Positions 1 to 10,800 of a DNA stretch of 64,000 nt are shown here, in pieces. Every line of letters begins with the position of its first letter. Within the stretch, counting starts at the first letter, position 1. A program made the translations under genes and the position numbers. The stretch comes from the human T2T-CHM13v2.0 reference genome, Homo sapiens: assembly GCF_009914755.1 (NCBI RefSeq), contig NC_060947.1. One strand, given 5' to 3'. The notes under the pieces were generated by a model. The model saw only the letters and a list, made by a program, of their open reading frames with translations. It had not been told where the DNA came from and searched no databases.

Positions 1-160
1 CGAAATCTTCAAAGAGGTCCAAATATCCCCTTGCGGATCCCACAGAAAGAGTGTTTCGAAACTGCTGTTTCAAAAGGAATCTTCAACTCTGTGAGTTGAA
101 TGCAATCATCACAAAGAAGTTTCTGACAATGCTTCTCTCTCGTCTTTCTGTGAAGATAAA

Positions 161-201
161 GGAAAAGGCTTTCAGGCCTTTTCCACCACAGGCCTGAAAG
201 C
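161..201. repeat. Overlapping inverted repeats in the 186-bp monomer (recurs every HOR)
   Basis: GGAAAAGGC (161-169) pairs with GCCTTTTCC (176-184). GCTTTCAGGCCT (168-179) pairs with AGGCCTGAAAGC (190-201). Confidence 0.9.
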
Positions 202-345
202 GCTCCAAATGTCCACTTGCAGATTCTACCAAAAGAATATTTCAAAACTGCTCTATGAAAAGCAATGTTAAACTCTGTGGCTCGAACACAAACATCACAA
301 AGCAGTTTCTGAGAATGCTTCAGTTTAGTTTTTCTGTGGAAATAT

Positions 346-362
346 TCCCGTTTCGAAAGAAA
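346..362 (-). other. Degenerate CENP-B box slot, defective in all HORs inspected
   Basis: TCCCGTTTC(G/C)AAAGAAA has AGAA in place of the essential CGAA. Confidence 0.8.
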
Positions 363-516
363 TCTTCAAAGAGGTCCACGCATCCACTTACAGATTCTAC
401 AAAAAGACAGTTTCAAAACTGCTCAATCAAAAGGAGGGTTCAACCGTGTGACTTGAATGCAATCATCACTCAGAAGTTTCTGAGAATGCTTCTCTTTAGT
501 TTTTACGTGAACATAT

Positions 517-533
517 ACCCGTTTCGAACGAAG
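517..533 (-). promoter_or_regulatory. CENP-B box (representative; recurs every HOR)
   Basis: + strand ACCCGTTTCGAACGAAG = minus CTTCGTTCGAAACGGGT, which fits the core NTTCGNNNNANNCGGGN. Confidence 0.85.
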
Positions 534-1025
534 GCCAGCCAGTGGTCCAAATATCCACTTGCAGATTCTACAGAAAGAGTGTTTCGAACCTGAACTCTCA
601 AAGGCAGGTTCATCTCTGCGAGTTCAATGCATTCATCATGAAGAACTTTCTCAGCGTGTTTGTGTTTAGTTATGGGAAATTATTGCCATTTCCAACGAAA
701 TCCTCATAGAGGTCCAAATATCCACCTGCAGATTCTACCAAAAGTGTATTTGGAAACTGCTCCATCAAAAGGCATGTTCAGCTCTGTGAGTGAAACTCCA
801 TCATCACAAAGAATATTCTGAGAATGCTTCCGTTTGCCTTTTATATGAAGTTCCTTCCTATACTACCGTAGGCCTCAAAGCAGTCCAAATCTCCATTTGC
901 AGATTCTACAAAAAGAGTGATTCCAATCTGCTCTATCAATAGGATTGTTCAACTCCATGAATTGAATGCCATCCTCACAAAGTCGTTTCTGAGAATGCTT
1001 CTATCTAGTTTTTATGTGAAGATAT

Positions 1026-1045
1026 TTCCTTTTCCACCACAGGCC
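1026..1045 (-). other. A-type monomer box (pJ-alpha-type site) in place of the CENP-B box; five A-type monomers per HOR
   Basis: TTCCTTTTCCACCACAGGCC at the box-equivalent position, with related sequences at about 175, 855, 1706 and 1877. Confidence 0.7.
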
Positions 1046-1196
1046 TCAAAGCCCTCCAAACGTCCACTTGCAGATTCTCGAAAAAGAGTGTTTCATAGCT
1101 GCTCTTTCAAAAGGAAAGTTCAACTCTGGGAGTTGAATACAAACATCACAAAGTAGTTTCCGAGAATGCTTCTGTTTAGTTCTTATGTGAAGATGA

Positions 1197-1213
1197 TCCC
1201 GTTTCCAGTGAAA
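1197..1213 (-). other. Degenerate CENP-B box slot, defective in all HORs inspected
   Basis: TCCCGTTTCCAGTGAAA has TGAA in place of CGAA. Confidence 0.8.
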
Positions 1214-1367
1214 TCTTCAAAGAGGTCCACATATCCCCTTGCAGATTCCAAAGAAAGAGGGTTTCAAAACTGCTCCATCAAAAGGATTGTTCAACTCTGT
1301 GAGTTGAATGCAGTCATCGCAGAAAACTTTCTGAGAATGCTTCTGTCTAGGTTTGAGGTGAAGATAT

Positions 1368-1384
1368 AGACGTTTCAAACGAAG
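1368..1384 (-). other. Degenerate CENP-B box slot, defective in all HORs inspected
   Basis: AGACGTTTCAAACGAAG has GACG in place of CCCG. Confidence 0.8.
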
Positions 1385-1534
1385 GCTACAAAGTGGTCAA
1401 AATATACACTTGCAGATTCTACTACAAGGGTGTTGCAAACCTCAACTATCAAAGGAAGGTTCAACTCTGTGAGTTGAATACAAACATCACAAAGAATGTT
1501 CTCAGTTTGCTTCTGTTCAGTTATGGGAAGTTGA

Positions 1535-1551
1535 TCCCGTTTCCAACGAAA
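1535..1551 (-). promoter_or_regulatory. Canonical CENP-B box (representative; recurs every HOR)
   Basis: + strand TCCCGTTTCCAACGAAA = minus TTTCGTTGGAAACGGGA, a perfect match to YTTCGTTGGAARCGGGA. Confidence 0.93.
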
Positions 1552-4102
1552 TCCTCAGAGAGGTCCAAATATCCCCTTGCAGATTCTACAAAACGTGTGT
1601 TTGGAAACTGCTCCATCATAACGAATGTTCAGCTCTCTGAGTTAAACTCCATCGTCACAAAGAATTTTCTGAGAGTGCTACCGTCTGGTTTTTATATGAA
1701 GTTCTTTCCTTTACTACCACAGGCCTCAAAGCGGTCCAAATCTCCAGTTGCAGATTCTACAAAAAGAGTGTTTGCAAACTGCTCTATCAAAAGGAATGTT
1801 CAACTCTGGGAGTTGAATGCAATCATCACAGAGCAGTTTCTGAGAATGCTTCTATGTCGTTTTTAGGAGAAGATATTTCCTTTTCCAACACAGTCCTCCA
1901 AGCCCGCTAAATATCCACTTGCACATTGTAGAAAAAGTGTGTCGAAGCTGCGCTATCAAAGGGAAAGTTCAACTCTGTGAGGTGAATGCAAACATCCCAA
2001 AGAAGTTTCTGAGAATGCTTCCGTTTAGCTTTTAGGTGAAGATTATCCCGTTTCCAAAGAAACCTTCAAAGAGGTCCAAATATCCCCTTGCGGATCCCAC
2101 AGAAAGAGTGTTTCGAAACTGCTGTTTCAAAAGGAATCTTCAACTCTGTGAGTTGAATGCAATCATCACAAAGAAGTTTCTGACAATGCTTCTCTCTCGT
2201 CTTTCTGTGAAGATAAAGGAAAAGGCTTTCAGGCCTTTTCCACCACAGGCCTGAAAGCACTCCAAATGTCCACTTGCAGATTCTGCCAAAACAATATTTC
2301 AAAACTGCTCTATGAAAAACAATGTTAAACTCTGCGGCTCGAACACAAACATCACAAAGCGGTTTCTGAGAATGCTTCAGTTTAGTTTTTCTGTGGAAAT
2401 ATTCCCGTTTCCAAAGAAATCTTCAAAGAGGTCCACGTATCCATTTACAGATTCTACAAAAAGACAGTTTCAAAACTGCTCAATCAAAAGGAGGGTTCAA
2501 CCGTGTGACTTGAATGCAATCATCAGTCAGAAGTTTCTGAGAAAGCTTCTCTTTAGTTTTTACGTGAACATATACCCGTTTCGAACGAAGGCCACCCAGT
2601 GGTCCAAATATCCACTTGCAGATTCTACAGAAAGAGTGTTTCGAACCTGAACTCTCAAAGGCAGGTTCATCTCTGCGAGTTCAATGCATTCAACCTGAAG
2701 AACTTTCTCAGCGTGTTTGTGTTTAGTTATGGGAAATTATTGCCGTTCCCAACGAAATCCTCAGAGAGGTCCAAATATCCACCTGCAGATTCTACCAAAA
2801 GTGTATTTGGAAACTGCTCCATCAAAAGGCATGTTCAGCTCTGTGAGTGAAACTCCATCATCACAAAGAATATTCTGAGAATGCTTCCGTTTGCCTTTTA
2901 TATGAAGTTCCTTCCTATACTACCGTAGGCCTCAAAGCAGTCCAAATCTCCATTTGCAGATTCTACAAAAAGAGTGATTCCAATCTGCTCTATCAATAGG
3001 ATTGTTCAACTCCATGAGTTGAATGCCATCCTCACAAAGTCGTTTCTGAGAATGCTTCTATCTAGTTTTTATGTGAAGATATTTCCTTTTCCACCACAGG
3101 CCTCAAAGCCCTCCAAACGTCCACTTGCAGATTCTCGAAAAAGAGTGTTTCATAGCTGCTCTTTCAAAAGGAAAGTTCAACTCTGGGAGTTGAATACAAA
3201 CATCACAAAGTAGTTTCCGAGAATGCTTCTGTTTAGTTCTTATGTGAAGATGATCCCGTTTCCAGTGAAATCTTCAAAGAGGTCCACATATCCCCTTGCA
3301 GATTCCAAAGAAAGAGGGTTTCAAAACTGCTCCATCAAAAGGATTGTTCAACTCTGTGAGTTGAATGCAGTCATCGCAGAAAACTTTCTGAGAATGCTTC
3401 TGTCTAGGTTTGAGGTGAAGATATAGACGTTTCAAACGAAGGCTACAAAGTGGTCAAAATATACACTTGCAGATTCTACTACAAGGGTGTTGCAAACCTG
3501 AACTATCAAAGGAAGGTTCAACTCTGTGAGTTGAATACAAACATCACAAAGAATGTTCTGAGTTTGCTACCGTTCAGTTATGGGAAGTTGATCCCGTTTC
3601 CAACGAAATCCTCAGAGAGGTCCAAATATCCCCTTGCAGATTCTACAAAACGTGTGTTTGGAAACTGCTCCATCATAACGAATGTTCAGCTCTCTGAGTT
3701 AAACTCCATCGTCACAAAGAATTTTCTGAGAGTGCTACCGTCTGGTTTTTATATGAAGTTCTTTCCTTTACTACCACAGGCCTCAAAGCGGTCCAAATCT
3801 CCACTTGCAGATTCTACAAAAAGAGTGTTTGCAAACTGCTCTATCAAAAGGAATGTTCAACTCTGGGAGTTGAATGCAATCATCACAGAGCAGTTTCTGA
3901 GAATGCTTCTATGTCGTTTTTAGGAGAAGATATTTCCTTTTCCAACACAGTCCTCCAAGCCCGCTAAATATCCACTTGAACATTGTAGAAAAAGGGTGTC
4001 GAAGCTGCGCTATCAAAGGGAAAGTTCAACTCTGTGAGGTGAATGCAAACATCCCAAAGAAGTTTCTGAGAATGCTTCCGTTTAGCTTTTAGGTGAAGAT
4101 TA

Positions 4103-4119
4103 TCCCGTTTCCAACGAAA
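4103..4119 (-). promoter_or_regulatory. Canonical CENP-B box next to the BamHI site (representative; the copy at 2046 is mutated)
   Basis: TCCCGTTTCCAACGAAA on the + strand. Confidence 0.92.
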
Positions 4120-4796
4120 TCTTCAAAGAGGTCCAAATATCCCCTTGCGGATCCCACAGAAAGAGTGTTTCGAAACTGCTGTTTCAAAAGGAATCTTCAA
4201 CTCTGTGAGTTGAATGCAATCATCACAAAGAAGTTTCTGACAATGCTTCTCTCTCGTCTTTCTGTGAAGATAAAGGAAAAGGCTTTCAGGCCTTTTCCAC
4301 CACAGGCCTGAAAGCGCTCCAAATGTCCACTTGCAGATTCTGCCAAAAGAATATTTCAAAACTGCTCTATGAAAAGCAATGTTAAACTCTGTGGCTCGAA
4401 CACAAACATCACAAAGCGGTTTCTGAGAATGCTTCAATTTAGTTTTTCTGTGGAAATATTCCCGTTTCCAAAGAAATCTTCAAAGAGGTCCACGTATCCA
4501 CTTACAGATTCTACAAAAAGACAGTTTCAAAACTGCTCAATCAAAAGGAGGGTTCAACCGTGTGACTTGATGCAATCATCACTCAGAAGTTTCTGAGAAC
4601 GCTTCTGTTTAGTTTTTACGTGAACATATAGCCGTTTCGAACGAAGGCCACCCAGTGGTCCAAATATCCACTTGCAGATTCTACAGAAAGAGTGTTTCGA
4701 ACCTGAACTCTCAAAGGCAGGTTCATCTCTGCGAGTTCAATGCATTCATCATGAAGAACTTTCTCAGCGTGTTTGTGTTTAGTTATGGGAAATTAT

Positions 4797-4813
4797 TCCC
4801 GTTTCCAACGAAA
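4797..4813 (-). promoter_or_regulatory. Canonical CENP-B box (representative; the copies at 684 and 2741 are mutated)
   Basis: TCCCGTTTCCAACGAAA on the + strand. Confidence 0.92.
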
Positions 4814-7800
4814 TCCTCAGAGAGCTCCAAATATCCACCTGCAGATTCTACCAAAAGTGTATTTGGAAACTGCTCCATCAAAAGGCATGTTCAGCTCTGT
4901 GAGTGAAACTCCATCATCACAAAAATATTCTGAGAATGCTTCCGTTTGCCTTTTATATGAAGTTCCTTCCTATACTACCGTAGGCCTCAAAGCAGTCCAA
5001 ATCTCCATTTGCAGATTCTACAAAAAGAGTGATTCCAATCTGCTCTATCAATAGGATTGTTCAACTCCATGAGTTGAATGCCATCCTCACAAAGTCGTTT
5101 CTGAGAATGCTTCTATCTAGTTTTTATGTGAAGATATTTCCTTTTCCACCACAGGCCTCAAAGCCCTCCAAACGTCCACTTGCAGATTCTCGAAAAAGAG
5201 TGTTTCATAGCTGCTCTTTCAAAAGGAAAGTTCAACTCTGGGAGTTGAATACAAACATCACAAAGTAGTTTCCGAGAATGCTTCTGTTTAGTTCTTATGT
5301 GAAGATGATCCCGTTTCCAGTGAAATCTTCAAAGAGGTCCACATATCCCCTTGCAGATTCCAAGGAAAGAGGGTTTCAAAACTGCTCCATCAAAAGGATT
5401 GTTCAACTCTGTGAGTTGAATGCAGTCATCGCAGAAAACTTTCTGAGAATGCTTCTGTCTAGGTTTCAGGTGAAGATATAGACGTTTCAAACGAAGGCTA
5501 CAAAGTGGTCAAAATATACACTTGCAGATTCTACTACAAGGGTGTTGCAAACCTGAACTATCAAAGGAAGGTTCAACTCTGTGAGTTGAATACAAACATC
5601 ACAAAGAATGTTCTGAGTTTGCTACCGTTCAGTTATGGGAAGTTGATCCCGTTTCCAACGAAATCCTCAGAGAGGTCCAAATATCCCCTTGCAGATTCTA
5701 CAAAACGTGTGTTTGGAAACTGCTCCATCATAACGAATGTTCAGCTCTCTGAGTTAAACTCCATCGTCACAAAGAATTTTCTGAGAGTGCTACCGTCTGG
5801 TTTTTATATGAAGTTCTTCCCTTTACTACCACAGGCCTCAAAGCGGTCCAAATCTCCACTTGCAGATTCTACAAAAAGAGTGTTTGCAAACTGCTCTATC
5901 AAAAGGAATGTTCAACTCTGGGAGTTGAATGCAATCATCACAGAGCAGTTTCTGAGAATGCTTCTATGTCGTTTTTAGGAGAAGATATTTCCTTTTCCAA
6001 CACAGTCCTCCAAGCCCGCTAAATATCCACTTGCACATTGTAGAAAAAGTGTGTCGAAGCTGCGCTATCAAAGGGAAAGTTCAACTCTGTGAGGTGAATG
6101 CAAACATCCCAAAGAAGTTTCTGAGAATGCTTCCGTTTAGCTTTTAGGTGAAGATTATCCCGTTTCCAACGAAATCTTCAAAGAGGTCCAAATATCCCCT
6201 TGCGGATCCCACAGAAAGAGTGTTTCGAAACTGCTGTTTCAAAAGGAATCTTCAACTCTGTGAGTTGAATGCAATCATCACAAAGAAGTTTCTGACAATG
6301 CTTCTCTCTCGTCTTTCTGTGAAGATAAAGGAAAAGGCTTTCAGGCCTTTTCCACCACAGGCCTGAAAGCACTCCAAATGTCCACTTGCAGATTCTGCCA
6401 AAAGAATATTTCAAAACTGCTCTATGAAAGGCAATGTTAAACTCTGTGGCTCGAACACAAACATCACAAAGCCGTTTCTGAGAATGCTTCAGTTTACTTT
6501 TTCTGTGGAAATATTCCCGTTTCGAAAGAAATCTTCAAAGAGGTCCACGCATCCACTTACAGATTCTACAAAAAGACAGTTTCAAAACTGCTCAATCAAA
6601 AGGAGGGTTCAACCGTGTGACTTGAATGCAATCATCACTCAGAAGTTTCTGAGAACGCTTCTCTTTAGTTTTTACGTGAACATATACCCGTTTCGAACGA
6701 AGGCCACCCAGAGGTCCAAATATCCACTTGCAGATTCTACAGAAAGAGTGTTTCGAACCTGAACTCTCAAAGGCAGGTTCATCTCTGCGAGTTAAATGCA
6801 TTCATCATGAAGAACTTTCTCAGAGTGTTTGTGTTTAGGTATGGGAAATTATTCCCGTTTCCAACGAAATCCTCAGAGAGCTCCAAATATCCACCTGCAG
6901 ATTCTACCAAAAGTGTATTTGGCAACTGCTCCATCAAAAGGCATGTTCAGCTCTGTGAGTGAAACTCCATCATCACAAAGGATATTCTGAGAATGCTTCC
7001 GTTTGCCTTTTATATGAAGTTCCTTCCTATACTACCGTAGGCCTCAAAGCAGTCCAAATCTCCATTTGCAGATTCTACAAAAAGAGTGATTCCAATCTGC
7101 TCTATCAATAGGATTGTTCAACTCCATGAGTTGAATGCCATCCTCACAAAGTCGTTTCTGAGAATGCTTCTATCTAGTTTTTATGTGAAGATATTTCCTT
7201 TTCCACCACAGGCCTCAAAGCCCTCCAAACGTCCACTTGCAGATTCTCGAAAAAGAGTGTTTCATAGCCGCTCTTTCAAAAGGAAAGTTCAACTCTGGGA
7301 GTTGAATACAAACATCACAAAGTAGTTTCCGAGAATGCTTCTGTTTAGTTCTTATGTGAAGATGATCCCGTTTCCAGTGAAATCTTCAAAGAGGTCCACA
7401 TATCCCCTTGCAGATTCCAAAGAAAGTGGGTTTCAAAACTGCTCCATCAAAAGGATTGTTCAACTCTGTGAGTTGAATGCAGTCATCGCATAAAACTTTC
7501 TGAGAATGCTTCTGTCTAGGTTTGAGGTGAAGATATAGACGTTTCAAACGAAGGCTACAAAGTGGTCAAAATATACACTTGCAGATTCTACTACAAGGGT
7601 GTTGCAAACCTGAACTATCAAAGGAAGGTTCCACTCTGTGAGTTGAATACAAACATCACAAAGAATGTTCTGAGTTTGCTTCCGTTCAGTTATGGGAAGT
7701 TGATCCCGTTTCCAACGAAATCCTCAGAGAGGTCCAAATATCCCCTTGCAGATTCTACAAAACGTGTGTTTGGAAACTGCTCCATCATAACGAATGTTCA

Positions 7801-10800
7801 GCTCTCTGAGTTAAACTCCATCGTCACAAAGAATATTCTGAGAGTGCTACCGTCTGGTTTTTATATGAAGTTCTTTCCTTTACTACCACAGGCCTCAAAG
7901 CGGTCCAAATCTCCACTTGCAGATTCTACAAAAAGAGTGTTTGCAAACTGCTCTATCAAAAGGAATGTTCAACTCTGGGAGTTGAATGCAATCATCACAG
8001 AGCAGTTCCTGAGAATGCTTCTATGTCGTTTTTAGGAGAAGATATTTCCTTTTCCAACACAGTCCTCCAAGCCCGCTAAATATCCACTTGCACATTGTAG
8101 AAACAGTGTGTCGAAGCTGCGCTATCAAAGGGAAAGTTCAACTCTGTGAGGTGAATGCAAACATCCCAAAGAAGTTTCTGAGAATGCTTCCGTTTAGCTT
8201 TTAGGTGCAGATTATCCCGTTTCCAACGAAATCTTCAAAGAGGTCCAAATATCCCATTGCGGATCCCACAGAAAGAGTGTTTCGAAAATGCTGTTTCAAA
8301 AGGAATCTTCAACTCTGTGGGTTGAATGCAATCATCACAAAGAAGTTTCTGACAATGCTTCTCTCTCGTCTTTCTGTGAAGATAAAGGAAAAGGCTTTCA
8401 GGCCTTTTCCACCACAGGCCTGAAAGCGCTCCAAATGTCCACTTGCAGATTCTGCCAAAAGAATATTTCAAAACTGCTCTATGAAAAGCAATGTTAAACT
8501 CTGCGGCTCGAACACAAACATCACAAAGCCGTTTCTGAGAATGCTTCAGTTTAGTTTTTCTGTGGAAATATTCCCGTTTCCAAAGAAATCTTCAAAGAGG
8601 TCCACGTATCCACTTACAGATTCTACAAAAAGACAGTTTCAAAACTGCTCAATCAAAAGGAGGGTTCAACCGTGTGACTTAAATGCAATCATCACTCAGA
8701 AGTTTCTGAGAATGCTTCTCTTTAGTTTTTACGTGAACATATACCCGTTTCGAAAGAAGGCCACGCAGTGGTTCAAATATCCACTTGCAGATTCTACAGA
8801 AAGAGTGTTTCGAACCTGAACTCTCAAAGGCAGGTTCATCTCTGCGAGTTCAATGCATTCATCATGAAGAACTTTCTCAGAGTGTTTGTGTTTAGGTATG
8901 GGAAATTATTCCCGTTTCCAACGAAATCCTCAGAGAGGTCCAAATATCCACCTGCAGATTCTACCAAAAGTGTATTTGGAAACTGCTCCATCAAAAGGCA
9001 TGTTCAGCTCTGTGAGTGAAACTCCATCATCACAAAGTATATTCTGAGAATGCTTCCTTTTGCCTTTTATATGAAGTTCCTTCTTATACTACCGTAGGCC
9101 TCAAAGCAGTCCAAATCTCCATTTGCAGATTCTACAAAAAGAGTGATTCCAATCTGCTCTATCAATAGGATTGTTCAACTCCATGAGTTGAATGCCATCC
9201 TCACAAAGTCGTTTCTGAGAATGCTTCTATCTAGTTTTTATGTGAAGATATTTCCTTTTCCACCACAGGCCTCAAAGCCCTCCAAACGTCCTATTGCAGA
9301 TTCTTGAAAAAGAGTGTTTCATAGCTGCTCTTTCACAAGGAAAGTTCAACTCTGGGAGTTGAATACAAACTTCACAAAGTAGTTTCCGAGAATGCTTCTG
9401 TTTAGTTCTTATGTGAAGATGATCCCGTTTCCAGTGAAATCTTCAAAGAGGTCCACATATCCCCTTGCAGATTCCAAAGAAAGAGGGTTTCAAAACTGCT
9501 CCATCAAAAGGATTGTTCAACTCTGTGAGTTGAATGCAGTCATCGCAGAAAACTTTCTGAGAATGCTTCTGTCTAGGTTTGAGGTGAAGATATAGACGTT
9601 TCAAACGAAGGCTACAAAGTGTTCAAAATATACACTTGCAGATTCTACTACAAGGGTGTTGCAAACCTGAACTATCAAAGGAAGGTTCAACTCTGTGAGT
9701 TGAATACAAACATCACAAAGAATGTTCTGAGTTTGCTTCCGTTCAGTTATGGGAAGTTGATCCCGTTTCCAACGAAATCCTCAGAGAGGTCCAAATATCC
9801 CCTTGCAGATTCTACAAAACGTGTGTTTGGAAACTGCTCCATCATAACGAATGTTCAGCTCTCTGAGTTAAACTCCATCGTCACAAAGAATTTTCTGAGA
9901 GTGCTACCGTCTGGTTTTTATATGAAGTTCTTTCCTTTACTACCGCAGGCCTCAAAGCGGTCCAAATCTCCACTTGCAGATTCTACAAAAAGAGTGTTTG
10001 CAAACTGCTCTATCAAAAGGAATGTTCAACTCTGGGAGTTGAATGCAATCATCACAGAGCAGTTTCTGAGAATGCTTCTATGTCGTTTTTAGGAGAAGAT
10101 ATTTCCTTTTCCAACACAGTCCTCCAAGCCCGCTAAATATCCACTTGCACATTGTAGAAAAAGGGTGTCGAAGCTGCGCTATCAAAGGGAAAGTTCAACT
10201 CTGTGAGGTGAATGCAAACATCCCAAAGAAGTTTCTGAGAATGCTTCCGTTTAGCTTTTAGGTGAAGATTATCCCGTTTCCAACGAAATCTTCAAAGAGG
10301 TCCAAATATCCCCTTGCGGATCCCACAGAAAGAGTGTTTCGAAACTGCTGTTTCAAAAGGAATCTTCAACTCTGTGAGTTGAATGCAATCATCACAAAGA
10401 AGTTTCTGACAATGCTTCTCTCTCGTCTTTCTGTGAAGATAAAGGAAAAGGCTTTCAGGCCTTTTCCACCACAGGCCTGAAAGCGCTCCAAATGTCCACT
10501 TGCAGATTCTGCCAAAAGAATATTTCAAACTGCTCTATGAAAAGCAATGTTAAACTCTGTGGCTCGAACACAAACATCACAAAGCCGTTTCTGAGAATGC
10601 TTCAGTTTACTTTTTCTGTGGAAATATTCCCGTTTCCAAAGAAATCTTCAAAGAGGTCCACGTATCCACTTACAGATTCTACAAAAAGACAGTTTCAAAA
10701 CTGCTCAATCAAAAGGAGGGTTCAACCGTGTGACTTGAATGCAATCATCACTCAGAAGTTTCTGAGAATGCTTCTCTTTAGTTTTTACGTGAACATATAA

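Larger units (their letters stand above)
35..2091 (-). repeat. First complete 2057-bp HOR unit (BamHI to BamHI), 12 monomers
   Basis: GGATCC at 35-40 and 2092-2097. Box-equivalent positions at about 175, 346, 517, 684, 855, 1026, 1197, 1368, 1535, 1706, 1877 and 2046 give monomer lengths of 171 bp (most), 167 bp (two), 169 bp (one) and 186 bp (one). Confidence 0.95.

Noticed and set aside
53-62. Short palindrome GTTTCGAAAC and other TTCGAA sites
   Set aside because: Too short to be meaningful; these are ordinary variants of the alphoid GTTTCAAAAC motif.
161-201. Hairpin read as an intrinsic terminator or structured ncRNA gene
   Set aside because: The context is eukaryotic satellite with no transcription unit or U-tract. 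It is reported only as a DNA dyad.
1393-1866. 157-aa ORF kept open in all 31 HORs
   Set aside because: It starts at GTG and its translation is internally repetitive at the monomer period (171 bp = 57 codons). It resembles no protein family I recognise, and its persistence follows from the near-identity of the HORs rather than coding constraint.
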